Positions 54,090 through 64,000 of a DNA stretch of 64,000 bases are shown one piece after another. Numbering within the stretch: position 1 is the first letter of the stretch; each line of letters opens with the position of its first letter. The stretch is taken from the NCBI GenBank assembly GCA_963718235.1, contig CAVQYR010000001.1, positions 2,112,001 through 2,176,000 of the forward strand, given 5' to 3'. The position numbers and the translations under genes are program-made. The DNA comes from an uncultured Actinomycetota bacterium. Its GTDB lineage: Bacteria > Actinomycetota > Actinomycetes > JAHEKZ01. Under the pieces are notes generated by a model. The model saw nothing but the letters and a program-made list of their open reading frames with translations. It was not told the origin of the DNA and did not search any database.

Positions 54090-54887
54090 ATGAGCGCAGA
54101 GCTGGACTACCTCGACCATCTGGTGCGGGAGTCGGAGCGGTTCCTCGACGTGCTGAGCGACGCCTCCCCTGATGCCCCGGTTCCCACCTGCCCCGACTGG
54201 AACGCCGACGACCTGCTCTGGCACCTGGCCGAGGTGCAGTGGTTCTGGGGCACGATCGTGCGCGAAGGGCTGACCGGAGACGAGGCCGAGGAGCGCAAGC
54301 CCGCCCGTCCCGCGGAGCGCGCCACTCTCATGGGGTTCTTCACCCGGTCGAGCAGCGACCTCGTGACCGTGCTCACCGACGCACCCCCGGGTACCCACGC
54401 CTGGACATGGTCGGCCGAACAGACCGTGGGCTTCATCCGCAGGCGTCAGGCACACGAGGCGCTGATCCACCGGGTCGATGCCGAGCTCACCGCCGGAAGC
54501 CGTACCGCCATGGACCCGCAGCTCAGTGCTGATGGCGTCGACGAGGCGCTGCGGATCATGTACGGCGGCACTCCCCCGTGGGGTTCCTTCACCCCTGACG
54601 CCGACACGTCGATTCGGTTGCGCTCCACCGACACCGGTCACTCATGGCTCGTCACGCTGGGCCGCTTCACCGGCACCGATCCCGACACCGGCACCGCTTA
54701 CGACGAGCCCGACCTGCACGCCGACGACGTCGACGCAGGGGCTGACGCGGTTGCCACCGTGAGCGGTACCGCCGAAGACCTCGACTGCTGGCTCTGGCAC
54801 CGACCCACCCAGGCACCGCTGGCACGGTCAGGCGACCCGTCGGTGCTGGGGCGACTCGAGGCGACGATCGCCGCCGGGATCAACTGA
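54090..54887 (+). CDS. Mycothiol-dependent maleylpyruvate isomerase family protein
   Basis: VPTCPDWNADDLLWHL, RRQAHEALIHRVDAE, DGVDE. Confidence 0.92.
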   Translation: MSAELDYLDHLVRESERFLDVLSDASPDAPVPTCPDWNADDLLWHLAEVQWFWGTIVREGLTGDEAEERKPARPAERATLMGFFTRSSSDLVTVLTDAPPGTHAWTWSAEQTVGFIRRRQAHEALIHRVDAELTAGSRTAMDPQLSADGVDEALRIMYGGTPPWGSFTPDADTSIRLRSTDTGHSWLVTLGRFTGTDPDTGTAYDEPDLHADDVDAGADAVATVSGTAEDLDCWLWHRPTQAPLARSGDPSVLGRLEATIAAGIN

Positions 54888-54961
54888 CGCGGCGCGGCGG
54901 GACCAGGACACGGGCATGAGGTCCCTGTCCCGGTGACACTCGGGGGCCTAGCGTTGCGGGC

Positions 54962-55849
54962 ATGAGTCTCGCGATCCGCATGGACGGCGTCGTCAAGACC
55001 TTCGGCCGTACCCGCGCACTCGACGGGCTGGACCTTCGGATCGAGACCGGCGAGGTGCACGGGTTCCTGGGACCCAACGGTGCGGGAAAGACGACGGCAC
55101 TGCGGGTGCTGCTCGGACTGCTGAAGGCCGACTCCGGCACGTCTGAGGTCTTGGGCGGCGATCCCTGGCGTGACGCGGTGTCCCTGCACCGCCGGCTGGC
55201 GTACGTGCCTGGCGACGTCGCCTTGTGGCCGACCCTCACCGGCGGTGAGGTGATCGACCTGCTCGGCCGACTGAGGGGTGGGCTGAACCCCCAGCGCCGG
55301 GCTGACCTGCTGGAGCGCTTTGACCTGGACCCGACGAAGAAGGCCCGCACCTACAGCAAGGGCAACCGACAGAAGGTGGCCCTCATCGCCGCCCTGGCGT
55401 CCGACGTCGAGCTGCTGCTGCTCGACGAGCCGACCTTCGGGCTGGACCCGCTGATGGAGGCGTCGTTCCGCGAGATCATCCATGACGAGCGCGGGAGCGG
55501 GCGCACCGTCCTGCTCTCCAGCCACATCCTCGCCGAGGCCGAGGCTCTGAGTGACCGGGTGAGCATCATCCGGGCGGGTCGCGTGGTGGAGTCGGGCACG
55601 CTCGCCGAGATGCGGCACCTCACCCGCACCTCGATCAACGCTGAGCTCCGCCAGGCGCCGGTGGGCCTGGCGCAGCTCACCGGCGTCCACGACGTCGTGG
55701 TCGACGGCAACCGGGTCACGTGCCAGGTGGACGACGCCGCGCTCACCGACGTGCTCGCCCTGCTCGGTTCGCTGGGAGTGGTCAGTATGACCAGCCACCC
55801 ACCGACGTTGGAGGAGCTGTTCCTGCAGCACTACGAGATCACCCGATGA
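54962..55849 (+). CDS. ABC transporter ATP-binding protein
   Basis: [28 protein letters not shown]. Confidence 0.95.
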   Translation: MSLAIRMDGVVKTFGRTRALDGLDLRIETGEVHGFLGPNGAGKTTALRVLLGLLKADSGTSEVLGGDPWRDAVSLHRRLAYVPGDVALWPTLTGGEVIDLLGRLRGGLNPQRRADLLERFDLDPTKKARTYSKGNRQKVALIAALASDVELLLLDEPTFGLDPLMEASFREIIHDERGSGRTVLLSSHILAEAEALSDRVSIIRAGRVVESGTLAEMRHLTRTSINAELRQAPVGLAQLTGVHDVVVDGNRVTCQVDDAALTDVLALLGSLGVVSMTSHPPTLEELFLQHYEITR

Positions 55850-57450
55850 GTGAGCTCACCGGCACCTGGTCGATGACCCGGCTGGCGCTGCGCCGCGACC
55901 GTGTGCTGGTGCCGGCGTGGGCTGCGGTCTTCGTGTTCTCGATCGTGTCCTCAGCCTTCGCGACCGTCGGGCTGTATCCGGCCGCCGCCTCCCGCATCCA
56001 AGCCGCCTCAGCCATCAACGACATCCCTGCTCTCGTGGCGCTCTACGGGCGCATCTGGGACCCCACGTCGCTCGGCGCGCTGTCCATCATGAAGCTCAGC
56101 GGGCTCGTCGCAGCGCTGCTGGCGGTGTTCTCGGTGATCCTCGTGGTCCGGCACACCCGCGCCGAGGAGGAGACCGGGCGCCTCGAGCTGCTGGGCGCCA
56201 CCGCCATGGGACGTCGTGCCGCGCTCACCGCGGCGCTGCTCGTCGCCTTCGCCAGCATGCTGGTGATCGGTGTCCTCACCGCTGTTGGCCAGACGGCGGC
56301 CGGGCTGCCCGCCGCCGGTTCGTGGGCCTTCGGCCTGGCGCTCGCCACGACCGGCATGTCGTTCGCTGCCGTCGCAGCGGTCACCGCGCAGCTGACCATC
56401 GGCGCACGCTCGGCGGTCGGCGCCGCCCTCACCGTGCTCGCGGTCGCCTACGTCCTGAGGGCCGTCGGCGACGTGTCCGGAGGTCCTGGGGGGTCCTCGG
56501 TGTGGTCCTGGCTGTCCCCCGTCGGGTGGGGCCAACAGGTGCGCCCGTACGCCGGTGACCGCTGGTGGGTCCTGCTGCTGCCGGTCACGTTTTGCGTGGT
56601 CACCGTGGGTGCCGCCTTCGTCCTGGCGTCACGCCGCGACCTCGGTGCGGGGCTGCTTCCGGACCGGATCGGTCCGCACAGTGCGCCCGGCTGGTTGTCC
56701 TCACCGCTCGGGCTGGCCTGGCGGCTGCAGCGCGCCCTCCTGCTCGGGTGGGCGCTGGGGTACCTGATCCTCGGTCTCGTCTTTGGCGCCATCGCCTCCG
56801 ATGTCGGCAGCATGCTGGACAGCCAGCAGGCACAGGAGATGATCGCCCGGCTCGGGGGCACCCACGTGCTCACCGACGCGTTCATGGCCGCAGAGCTGGG
56901 GATCAGTGCGTTCATCACCTCCGCCTACGGAATCTCCGTGGCGCTGCGCCTGCACTCCGAGGAGGTGGCCGGCCACGCGGAGCCCCTGCTCGCCGGCTCC
57001 GTTGCACGCACCCGCTTCCTGGCCAGCCACGTCATCGTGGCCGTGGCCGGGACCACGCTGCTCACCGTGATCCTTGGCGTCAGCGCGGCGGTCGCCAACG
57101 CCGTCCAGCTCGGGTCGACGGAGCGGGTCGGGGCGGTCCTTGGTGGCGCATTGGTCCAGCTGCCGGCGATCTGGGTCATGACCGCCCTTGCGGTGGCCCT
57201 GTTCGGCTTCGTTCCCCGACTGGTCGTCCTCGCCTGGGTGGCCCTCGTTGCCGCCGTGCTCGTCGAGGAGATCGGCGCGCTGCTCGAGCTACCGCACTGG
57301 TTCCAGCAGCTGTCGCCGTTCGCCCACCTGCCCAGCCTTCCCGGCGGGGTGATGTCGTGGCCACCCGTACTCGTGCTCCTCGTGGTCGCCGGCGCACTGA
57401 CGGCATTCGGCGCCGTGGGTTTCCGTCGCCGCGACCTCGACACTCCCTGA
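55846..57450 (+). CDS. ABC-2 type exporter permease
   Basis: [36 protein letters not shown]; ATGA overlap. Confidence 0.92.
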   Translation: MSELTGTWSMTRLALRRDRVLVPAWAAVFVFSIVSSAFATVGLYPAAASRIQAASAINDIPALVALYGRIWDPTSLGALSIMKLSGLVAALLAVFSVILVVRHTRAEEETGRLELLGATAMGRRAALTAALLVAFASMLVIGVLTAVGQTAAGLPAAGSWAFGLALATTGMSFAAVAAVTAQLTIGARSAVGAALTVLAVAYVLRAVGDVSGGPGGSSVWSWLSPVGWGQQVRPYAGDRWWVLLLPVTFCVVTVGAAFVLASRRDLGAGLLPDRIGPHSAPGWLSSPLGLAWRLQRALLLGWALGYLILGLVFGAIASDVGSMLDSQQAQEMIARLGGTHVLTDAFMAAELGISAFITSAYGISVALRLHSEEVAGHAEPLLAGSVARTRFLASHVIVAVAGTTLLTVILGVSAAVANAVQLGSTERVGAVLGGALVQLPAIWVMTALAVALFGFVPRLVVLAWVALVAAVLVEEIGALLELPHWFQQLSPFAHLPSLPGGVMSWPPVLVLLVVAGALTAFGAVGFRRRDLDTP

Positions 57451-57537
57451 CCGAGGACCATGTCCTCTGGCCCATGTGTCGGTGCCGTGATGGGCTGGAT
57501 TAGTAGAGGTCCGTACTGCGCGCGAAGGAGGTTGGAC

Positions 57538-57972
57538 ATGACAACGCTTGCCAAGCAACGCCCGAGCATCGCTGACCTGCTCTGGTCAGCCTGGCCGTTC
57601 GACAGCCCGCTCGAGGTCTCGTCGTCAGGGGCCATGGCGATGCGCCTGGAGGAGTTCGTCGACGGAGACATGTTGGTCGTCAAGGCAGAGCTGCCGGGGC
57701 TCGACCCGGAGAAGGACGTCGAGATCACGGTTGCCGACGGGGTCCTCACCCTCTCGGCCGAACGCCGTGAGGAGATCACCGAGGGCGAGGCCGGCAAGTC
57801 CGGCTACCGCTCGGAGTTCCGGTACGGCTCGTACCGTCGCAGTCTGACCCTGCCGGCCGGCGCGACTGCCGACGACGTGAAGGCCAGCTACGCCGACGGC
57901 ATCCTCGAAGTCCGGATCCCGGTCGCCAAGGCTGCGCCGACGCCGCAGAAGATCGAGGTGACTCGCGTCTGA
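57538..57972 (+). CDS. Hsp20/alpha-crystallin small heat shock protein
   Basis: AELPGLDPEKDVEITV, SEFRYGSYRRSLTLP, ASYADGILEVRIP. Confidence 0.95.
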   Translation: MTTLAKQRPSIADLLWSAWPFDSPLEVSSSGAMAMRLEEFVDGDMLVVKAELPGLDPEKDVEITVADGVLTLSAERREEITEGEAGKSGYRSEFRYGSYRRSLTLPAGATADDVKASYADGILEVRIPVAKAAPTPQKIEVTRV

Positions 57973-58007
57973 CGCACGTCACAGGATCGTCAGACCGATA
58001 GGCGAAT

Positions 58008-58039
58008 GAGTGGGCCCGGCCAGCTGGCCGGGCCCACTC
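58008..58039. terminator. Perfect 32-bp palindrome after hsp20
   Basis: GAGTGGGCCCGGCCAGCTGGCCGGGCCCACTC. Confidence 0.7.
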
Positions 58040-58078
58040 GTCGAAGTCACAGGATCGACGGAGTCCGGCCGAACCCGC

Positions 58079-58125
58079 CGTCAAGTTAGCCTTGACGTGA
58101 CCTAGCCGTCAAGACATCCTTGACG
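58079..58125. promoter_or_regulatory. Tandem operators CGTCAAG-N5-CTTGACG
   Basis: Copies at 58079-58097 and 58107-58125, ending 2 nt before ATG 58128. Confidence 0.75.
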
Positions 58126-58127
58126 CC

Positions 58128-59418
58128 ATGACTCCACTCGAGACTCCCTCCCACGCCCTGTCGACGATGACCTCCGAGCAGCTGGTCGACCTTCTGCTGG
58201 CCGCCTCCGGAGAGCTGGCGTCACGCACCGACCACGGCACCGCTGAGCTGCTGCCGGCACTGGAGTCGCTGGGGAGGTGCATGGGCCAGGTCGGCCGGTC
58301 CATCGGAGCGTCCTACGCACGACCCAGGTCCCATGTGGCGGCCGTTCCGAGGCGAACGCAGCTGTGCACGCTGTCACCCGTCAGCCACCTCGGTGGCCCC
58401 GTCCGTGGTGGGGAGGTCAATGGCAGCGAGAGGCTCACTCCGTTGACCATGTACGGGATCCACGAGAGCCGGCCGGGGTCGAAGTGGAGGTCGCTGTTCA
58501 AGGCCACCTGGAACGGGTATCGCGCGTGGTACGCCTCCGAAGGACTGGCCGAGCGCCCCGACCTGAGGACCTGCCGAGCGGCCCTCACGGAACACATGCC
58601 CGAGCTGATGTCCACGTGGGAGCGGCTCACCCAGCTCGCCGGGGCGTGACGAGCTGGCTGCGCGCATGCTCAGCCTGTGGAACCCACCGGCCTTCGCCCC
58701 TGGCTGCGCCCAGCTGGCCTTGGAAGCGCCACAGCGGGTTCTGGTGCGCAACTACGACTACGACCCGCAGCTGTTCGAGCGCGTGGTCTACTCCACCTCG
58801 TTCACCGACAAACGAGTGATCGGCACCGGCGACTGCCTGTGGGGTCTGCTCGACGGCATGAACGACGACGGGCTGGTGGTGTCGTTCACCTACGGCGGCC
58901 GGCCCGGCTGCGGCAACGGGTTCGCCATCCCGCTCGTCGTCCGGTACCTGCTCGAGGTGTGCAGCACACTGCACGACGCGAAGGAGGTGCTGCGGCGGGT
59001 CCCCGTCGCAACGGCGTACAACGTCACGGTCGCCGACCGCTCGGGCGAGGCAGCAACCGTCTTCGTCGCCCCGGACACTCCGGCTGAGTTCTTCGACACA
59101 CCGTTGGCCACCAACCATCGAGGCCTCGTGCCCGAGCACCCCGAGCTCGCCCGCAGACTCAACAGCGTCGAGCGCCAGGACGCACTGGTCCAGCTCGTCC
59201 GGTCTGGTGCCGATCGCGACCAGGTCGCCGCGGCATTCCTCCAGGCTCCCCTGCACAACACGAGGTACTCGCGAGGGTTCGGCACCCTCTACACGGCCGT
59301 CTACCGGCCCGACGACGGCGTTGTGGAGTACCGGTGGCCCGACGCGCAGTGGAACCGCGGTTTCGACTCCCCCGACGCCACCTTCGATGTCGTGCTCCGC
59401 GAGCCGGCCTCCCCGTAG
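58128..59418 (+). pseudogene. C45-family Ntn hydrolase/acyltransferase with N-terminal extension, +1 frameshift near 58643
   Basis: HMPELMSTWERL, then ARMLSLWNPP...GCAQ, VRNYDY, GLLDGMNDDGL, TNH. True start uncertain (58128 or about 58415). Confidence 0.75.
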
Positions 59419-59457
59419 CATGACGATCTCCCAGCAGAACTGCGGAGGAGGTCGGGC

Positions 59458-59709
59458 ATGGTGCGGAGCGCGAACCGGTCGCCGGAACCAACGGTTCAGG
59501 AGCTGGCCGACCAGGCTCGCTCGGCCCTCGAGGAGCTCGCCCGACGACCGGAGTTCGACGCCTTCCAGGAGCTGCTCGCGCTCAGCCAGCTCGCCGGGGA
59601 GTGCGTCGGGGAGTCGGCCCGGGCCCTGGCGGCGAACAGCTCGTGGGCGCAGGTGGGCGATGTCTCCGGGACGACGAAGCAGGCTGCCTGGTCCCGCTGG
59701 AGCGGCTGA
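59458..59709 (+). CDS. Small HTH protein
   Basis: GGAGG RBS; SWAQVGDVSGTTKQAAWSRW helix-turn-helix. Confidence 0.85.
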   Translation: MVRSANRSPEPTVQELADQARSALEELARRPEFDAFQELLALSQLAGECVGESARALAANSSWAQVGDVSGTTKQAAWSRWSG

Positions 59710-59855
59710 CTCCTTCCGCTCGACGGCAATCTCGCTCGCAACCTTGTCGATTGCCGGGCCCCCCGATCGTCGTCTGGGTGTCAGCGTGTCGGTCCCTGCC
59801 CCTTCACCGGGCACGAACCGGGCCGACACGGCCACGGCACCCGAAGGAGACCTCG

Positions 59856-60032
59856 ATGGCCTACTCACTCACCTGCGCGGACACCGGGGCGGCCTGCCCC
59901 GGGTCGTTCACGACCGAGACCAAGGACGAGCTCATGGAACACGTGCAGATCCATGCGAAGCACGCGCACCCGGAGCTGGCGGACAACCCAGATGCGGGAG
60001 CCATGATCGCCGGCCTGGTCAAGCAGGTCTGA
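59856..60032 (+). CDS. DUF1059-family small metal-binding protein
   Basis: AAGGAG RBS; MAYSLTCADTGAAC...DELMEHVQIHAKHAH. Confidence 0.85.
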   Translation: MAYSLTCADTGAACPGSFTTETKDELMEHVQIHAKHAHPELADNPDAGAMIAGLVKQV

Positions 60033-60039
60033 CTGCTGG

Positions 60040-60086
60040 GAGGGCCGGTACCGGCGCAGGAGCCATCACCGCCGGTACCGGCCCTC
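60040..60086. terminator. 17-bp inverted repeat after the DUF1059 gene
   Basis: GAGGGCCGGTACCGGCG / CGCCGGTACCGGCCCTC. Confidence 0.7.
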
Positions 60087-60419
60087 TAGTCCTCCTGCTC
60101 ACTCACGCCGGCCGTGACTTTCGACCCACGGCTCACGAGTCGATGCGGCCTACAATGAAGGTGTACGGCGAGGTGGTGAGGAACATGCCCACTGGCTGGA
60201 TGCCTGATGCACGACACGACCTTCGGATGCGGCCTGCCTACAAGGTGCGAGACGCCCGCGACGAACGAGAGCCCGGCACGGTGCACCACCTGCACTTGCA
60301 CCGCCCGCACCCGTTCCGTCGCGACCGGCGGCCCCCACGGGCGAACGCGGCCTGAACCGTCAGCCGACCCGGTCCGCACGTCCAGGGCGATGGCGTCGCG
60401 AGTTATGCATGATTGACGC

Positions 60420-60854
60420 ATGGTTGAGGTGCGACGAGCCGCGACCGTGGCCGAGGTCGAGGCAGCGGCGCCGCTGCTGGATGCGCCGACCAAGCCGGAA
60501 GCCGTACGACGGTTCCTCGGTGAGCCCGGACACCACATGCTGGTCGCCTATGCCGACGATCGCCGTCCCGTTGGGATGGTGACCGGCGTCGAGATGACCC
60601 ACCCGGACAAGGGCACCGAGATGTTCTTGTACGAGCTCGGAGTCGACGAGGCGAGTCAGGGCCAGGGAGTCGGTACAGCATTGGTCAAGGCCCTTGCCGA
60701 CCTAGCCCGCGATCACGGCTGCTACGGGATGTGGGTGCTCACAGACGCCGACAACGCGGCCGCGCTTGGCGCCTATCGCGCCGCCGGAGGGCAGGTACCC
60801 AGCGCACAGGTCCTGGTGAACTGGGATCTCACCGAGCAGGGCGCCACGAACTGA
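60420..60854 (+). CDS. GNAT N-acetyltransferase
   Basis: HPDKGTEMFLYELGV, QGQGVGTALV, MWVLTDADNAAA. Confidence 0.92.
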   Translation: MVEVRRAATVAEVEAAAPLLDAPTKPEAVRRFLGEPGHHMLVAYADDRRPVGMVTGVEMTHPDKGTEMFLYELGVDEASQGQGVGTALVKALADLARDHGCYGMWVLTDADNAAALGAYRAAGGQVPSAQVLVNWDLTEQGATN

Positions 60855-60857
60855 CGA

Positions 60858-61577
60858 TCAGGCAGGCACGGCCTCGCGCTCACGACGCTGCTTGGCCCGA
60901 AGGATTCCCTCGGCGAACTGCGACGTGTCGAACCAGGTCGGGAAGTCGCGCGCCAGCTTGCTCGGCCCCAGCAGCCGGGCATGACCGTCTCTGACCAGCT
61001 CACGGAAGGGCGCGAGCCCGATCAGCCATCGCTGCATCTGCCCGGTGTCGGCCTCGACCGCCAGGTCGACGTCGCGTCCGGGGTCGTCACTGCACACCGT
61101 CACTGCCTCGGGCGTGATGTCGAGCCATCCCTGGGCTCCCCCCGGTCCGGTCAGCACGAGATGGACGACCGTGCGCTGATCTGGGAGCTTGTTCGGGATC
61201 GCCTTCTGGTGCATCCGCCACAGCAGGGACAGCCCGTCGCAGTCCTCCTCGGCCGGGTCGCCGAACACCCACTCCGCAGCCCACTGTCCGATCGCCCACA
61301 CGATCGGGGTCAGTGACTCACCGGCCGGGGTCAGCACGTAGCGGCCGGGGCGACCGCGCGCCGCCGCCTCCCGGTGGACGAGCCCCCGACGTTCGAGGAC
61401 CCGAAGGCGTTGGGCCAGCAGGCTGCGACTCATCTTGGGCACGCCTCGGTGGATCTCGTTGAACCCGCTGGCCCCCACCATGAGCTCGCGGATGACCAGG
61501 GGCGTCCATCGGTCGCCGAGCACGTCGACGCCGACGGCGATCGGGCAGTAGTCCGCGTAGATCGACATGGTGGCCAT
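60858..61577 (-). CDS. HxlR-family wHTH regulator with C-terminal SCP2-like domain
   Basis: YCPIA...LGDRWTPLVIREL, FNEIHRGVPKMSRSLLAQRLR, Y.LTPAG. Confidence 0.92.
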   Translation of the reverse strand: MATMSIYADYCPIAVGVDVLGDRWTPLVIRELMVGASGFNEIHRGVPKMSRSLLAQRLRVLERRGLVHREAAARGRPGRYVLTPAGESLTPIVWAIGQWAAEWVFGDPAEEDCDGLSLLWRMHQKAIPNKLPDQRTVVHLVLTGPGGAQGWLDITPEAVTVCSDDPGRDVDLAVEADTGQMQRWLIGLAPFRELVRDGHARLLGPSKLARDFPTWFDTSQFAEGILRAKQRREREAVPA

Positions 61578-61604
61578 TGTGAGCCGAGGGAGCCCTTCGC
61601 AGGT

Positions 61605-61720
61605 AGTACGAAACCTGTACCGAGCCACGCTCAGCCACGCCCACACGGGAGGTGATTCGTCCTCATCTGCCCCTTTGAACCGCCCCAGGAGCGCGCCGCG
61701 ACCAGTACGAGGTCGGGACT
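61605..61720. promoter_or_regulatory. Two candidate HxlR operators AGTAC-N7-GKACY
   Basis: AGTACGAAACCTGTACC (61605-61621) and AGTACGAGGTCGGGACT (61704-61720) in the divergent intergenic region. Confidence 0.5.
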
Positions 61721-61792
61721 CGTTCCCGGTCGTCGGAAGCAACACCCTCGAAGTCACCAGCGCTCACAACGGGCGCACCGAGAGGAGCAACG

Positions 61793-62617
61793 ATGACCAT
61801 CGCACCAACTCTGCCCGACCTGGCCGCCGTCAAGGCTCGCCAGCAGAAGACCTGGTCCAGCGGCGACTACGCGTACGTGGCCTCGCGGATCGTCCTGGCC
61901 AGCGAGCGGCTCGCCGACTCGGCCGACCTGCGGGCCGGCTGGCACGTGCTCGACGTGGCCTGCGGCAGCGGAAACACCTCGCTAGCCGCAGCCCGGCAAG
62001 GAGCACACGTCGTCGGCGTCGACTACGTGCCCAGCCTGCTGGACGACGGCCGGGCCCGCGCCACCGCGGAACGCCTCGACGTCGAGTTCCGGCTCGGCGA
62101 CGCCGAAGACCTGCCCGCTGACGAAGACTCCTTCGACGCGGTGGTGAGCGTCTTCGGCACGATGTTCGCGCCGAACCACCAACGGACCGCAGAGGAGATC
62201 GTCCGGGTCGCCCGGCCCGGGGCCACCGTGGGTCTCGCGTCGTGGACCCCGGACGGCTTCATCGGCCAGATGTTCGGGGTCATCGGCCGACACGTCCCGC
62301 CGCCGGCCGGCGTCCAGTCCCCACTGAAGTGGGGCACCGAGTCGCACCTGTTCGACCTGTTCGGCGAGTCCGCCGTCGAGGTGCGCTCGACCCAGCACAC
62401 GCAGGTGTTCCGCTACACCTCACCGGAGGACTTCGTCGGCTTCTTCCGCCGCTGGTACGGGCCGACGGTCAGCGCGTTCGCCGCCCTCGACGACGTCGGG
62501 CAGGATGCGCTCGCCGGCGACCTCGCCGACCTCGCGCGGCGCGAGGACCGCAACGGTGGTGGCGGCAGCATCAGCATCCCGGCCACGTACCTCGAGTCGG
62601 TGATCACCCTGCGCTGA
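61793..62617 (+). CDS. Class I SAM-dependent methyltransferase
   Basis: WSSGDY, VLDVACGSGN, GDAEDLP, FGTMFAP. Confidence 0.94.
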   Translation: MTIAPTLPDLAAVKARQQKTWSSGDYAYVASRIVLASERLADSADLRAGWHVLDVACGSGNTSLAAARQGAHVVGVDYVPSLLDDGRARATAERLDVEFRLGDAEDLPADEDSFDAVVSVFGTMFAPNHQRTAEEIVRVARPGATVGLASWTPDGFIGQMFGVIGRHVPPPAGVQSPLKWGTESHLFDLFGESAVEVRSTQHTQVFRYTSPEDFVGFFRRWYGPTVSAFAALDDVGQDALAGDLADLARREDRNGGGGSISIPATYLESVITLR

Positions 62618-62627
62618 CCCAACGCCG

Positions 62628-63291
62628 TCACGGCTCCAGCGCGGGGTCGACTGCCGGGCCGACGTGGTCGGCCAGCCACTCGGTCAGCGGCTGAAGCTGG
62701 CGCCAGCCCTTGCGGACGACGGTGAGCGTCTTGCGCGTGCCCATCCACGGCTCCACGGCGTAGTGGCGCAGACCGACCAGGGCCCGGAACCGAAGCAGGT
62801 CCAGGTTCGGGTGGTCTGCGTCCACGCCGCGGGGGCGGGTCTTCAGTGGCTGTCCGTCGATCTCCCAGCCCTGCTTCTCCAGCGTCGCGAGCAGGCCCCG
62901 CAGATGTGCTGCGTGGCCGGCGTCGACGGCCTCCCGGTACCGGGCGACCTGCTGGCCCTGGGGGGCGTACCAGCCACCCGCCACCATCAGCCCGGCGGCG
63001 GACACCTGGACGTAGTAGCCGACGGCGTCCTCCAGGCCGACGAACCCGCCCTGGTGGTCCTTGATCGGCGTCTTGTCCTTGCTGAACCGGGTGTCCCGGT
63101 GGGGGCGGAACAGGTGTCCTTCGCCGAACTCCGGGGCCAGCTCGTCCAGCAGCGCGCGTCAACGGGTCACGAACCGACCGCTCGTAGTCGACCTTGTGCT
63201 CCTTCCACCAGGAGCGGGTGTTGTGGGCGGCCAGGGTGTCGTAGAAGTCGAACGCCTCGACCGGCAGCCCCTCGAAGCGGGTCGTGGTCAC
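62628..63291 (-). pseudogene. DUF2461 (TIGR02453) family protein, frameshift near 63158
   Basis: F...LAAHNTRSWW..HK..YE..VRDP, then FRPHRDTRFSKDKTPIK and LKTRPRG...HPNLDLLR in another frame. Confidence 0.85.
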
Positions 63292-63419
63292 GAGTCCCCC
63301 AACAGGCGCGACCGACCATCGGCCGCTAGCCCCATCGTGCCGCATCCCCACGCCGAAGGACCCTGCCACTGCGGTCAGGACACGGCTAACGTCGAAGTGA
63401 AGACCCGTGGGGGTGGGAG

Positions 63420-63701
63420 ATGCACCCGTTCTACGGACCGAGCGGTCGACTCGTGAGTGGTCGTGAGTCGTCGCTGACTGGCTTGGTCTCGATGGCCGCC
63501 TACCTGACGTTCTGGGCCATTGCCATCGCCGTGGCCAAGAAGGAGCTGGACGCCCGCCTCCCACGGCGACAGGCGGCCCGGTCGGCAGATGACCCCGCAG
63601 TGGCCGTGCTTCGGGAGCGGCTGGCCCGGGGTGAGATCGACGTCGAGGAGTACCGGGAGCGCCTGCAGGCCCTTGTCTCGGAGCCTGGGGGTGCGTCATG
63701 A
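63420..63701 (+). CDS. SHOCT domain membrane protein
   Basis: One TM helix; AVAVLRERLARGEIDVEEYRER. Confidence 0.85.
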   Translation: MHPFYGPSGRLVSGRESSLTGLVSMAAYLTFWAIAIAVAKKELDARLPRRQAARSADDPAVAVLRERLARGEIDVEEYRERLQALVSEPGGAS

Positions 63702-64000
63702 CGGCGACCGCCCCACCCATGGTTCCTCGCGTCCCGATGAGGACGTGGCTGGAGCTGGGCTGGTTCGGCCTGACCACGATCCTGTTCCGGCGCAAGGACC
63801 CGATCGTCGGCTCGCTGATCGTCACCGACCGCTGCAACCTGGCCTGCCGCCACTGTGCCGTGGCAAACATCCGCCGGGTCAACTACTCCTTCGAGCGCCT
63901 GCAGTCCGACCTGCAGATGCTGCACGACGAGGGCGTGCGGATCCTCTTCCTCTACGGCGGTGAGCCGTTCCTGTGGCGAGACGGCGACCGCACGCTGCAC
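63698..64000 (+). CDS. Radical SAM protein (5' part; runs off the right edge)
   Basis: ATGA overlap; manual translation gives VTDRCNLACRHC (CxxxCxxC) and YGGEPFL. Confidence 0.9.
   Translation, partial: MTATAPPMVPRVPMRTWLELGWFGLTTILFRRKDPIVGSLIVTDRCNLACRHCAVANIRRVNYSFERLQSDLQMLHDEGVRILFLYGGEPFLWRDGDRTLH

Overview
A 64-kb stretch of a high-GC actinobacterial (Actinomycetes) chromosome with about 63 protein-coding genes. I saw no rRNA, tRNA, CRISPR array, integrase or transposase. A housekeeping block (rpoD/sigA, usp, metX-metY, terC, DUF4192, HelD-type ATPase, DEAD-box helicase, furA-katG) is interleaved with accessory genes. These include secreted hypotheticals at 0.8-8.1 kb, six SAM methyltransferases, an S8 protease with a divergent regulator, amidase/DmpA/C45 hydrolases, MMPL/ABC/P-type transporters and the start of a radical SAM gene. 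Best candidates for undescribed biology: (1) a three-gene putative extracellular fibre operon at 25.3-29.3 kb, made of a TasA/camelysin-like subunit, a basic paralogue lacking the N-terminal strand and a repeat adhesin sharing that strand, behind a FliA/WhiG-like promoter; (2) an unannotated leaderless 27-aa Cys/Met-rich uORF upstream of metY-metX; (3) a yybP-ykoY (Mn2+) riboswitch apparently controlling terC together with an atypical Gre factor and an HTH gene. Six genes, including katG, have single-base frameshifts, and two convergent genes lack nearby stop codons; assembly error is the most likely cause. All family calls come from motif recognition by eye, not database searches.
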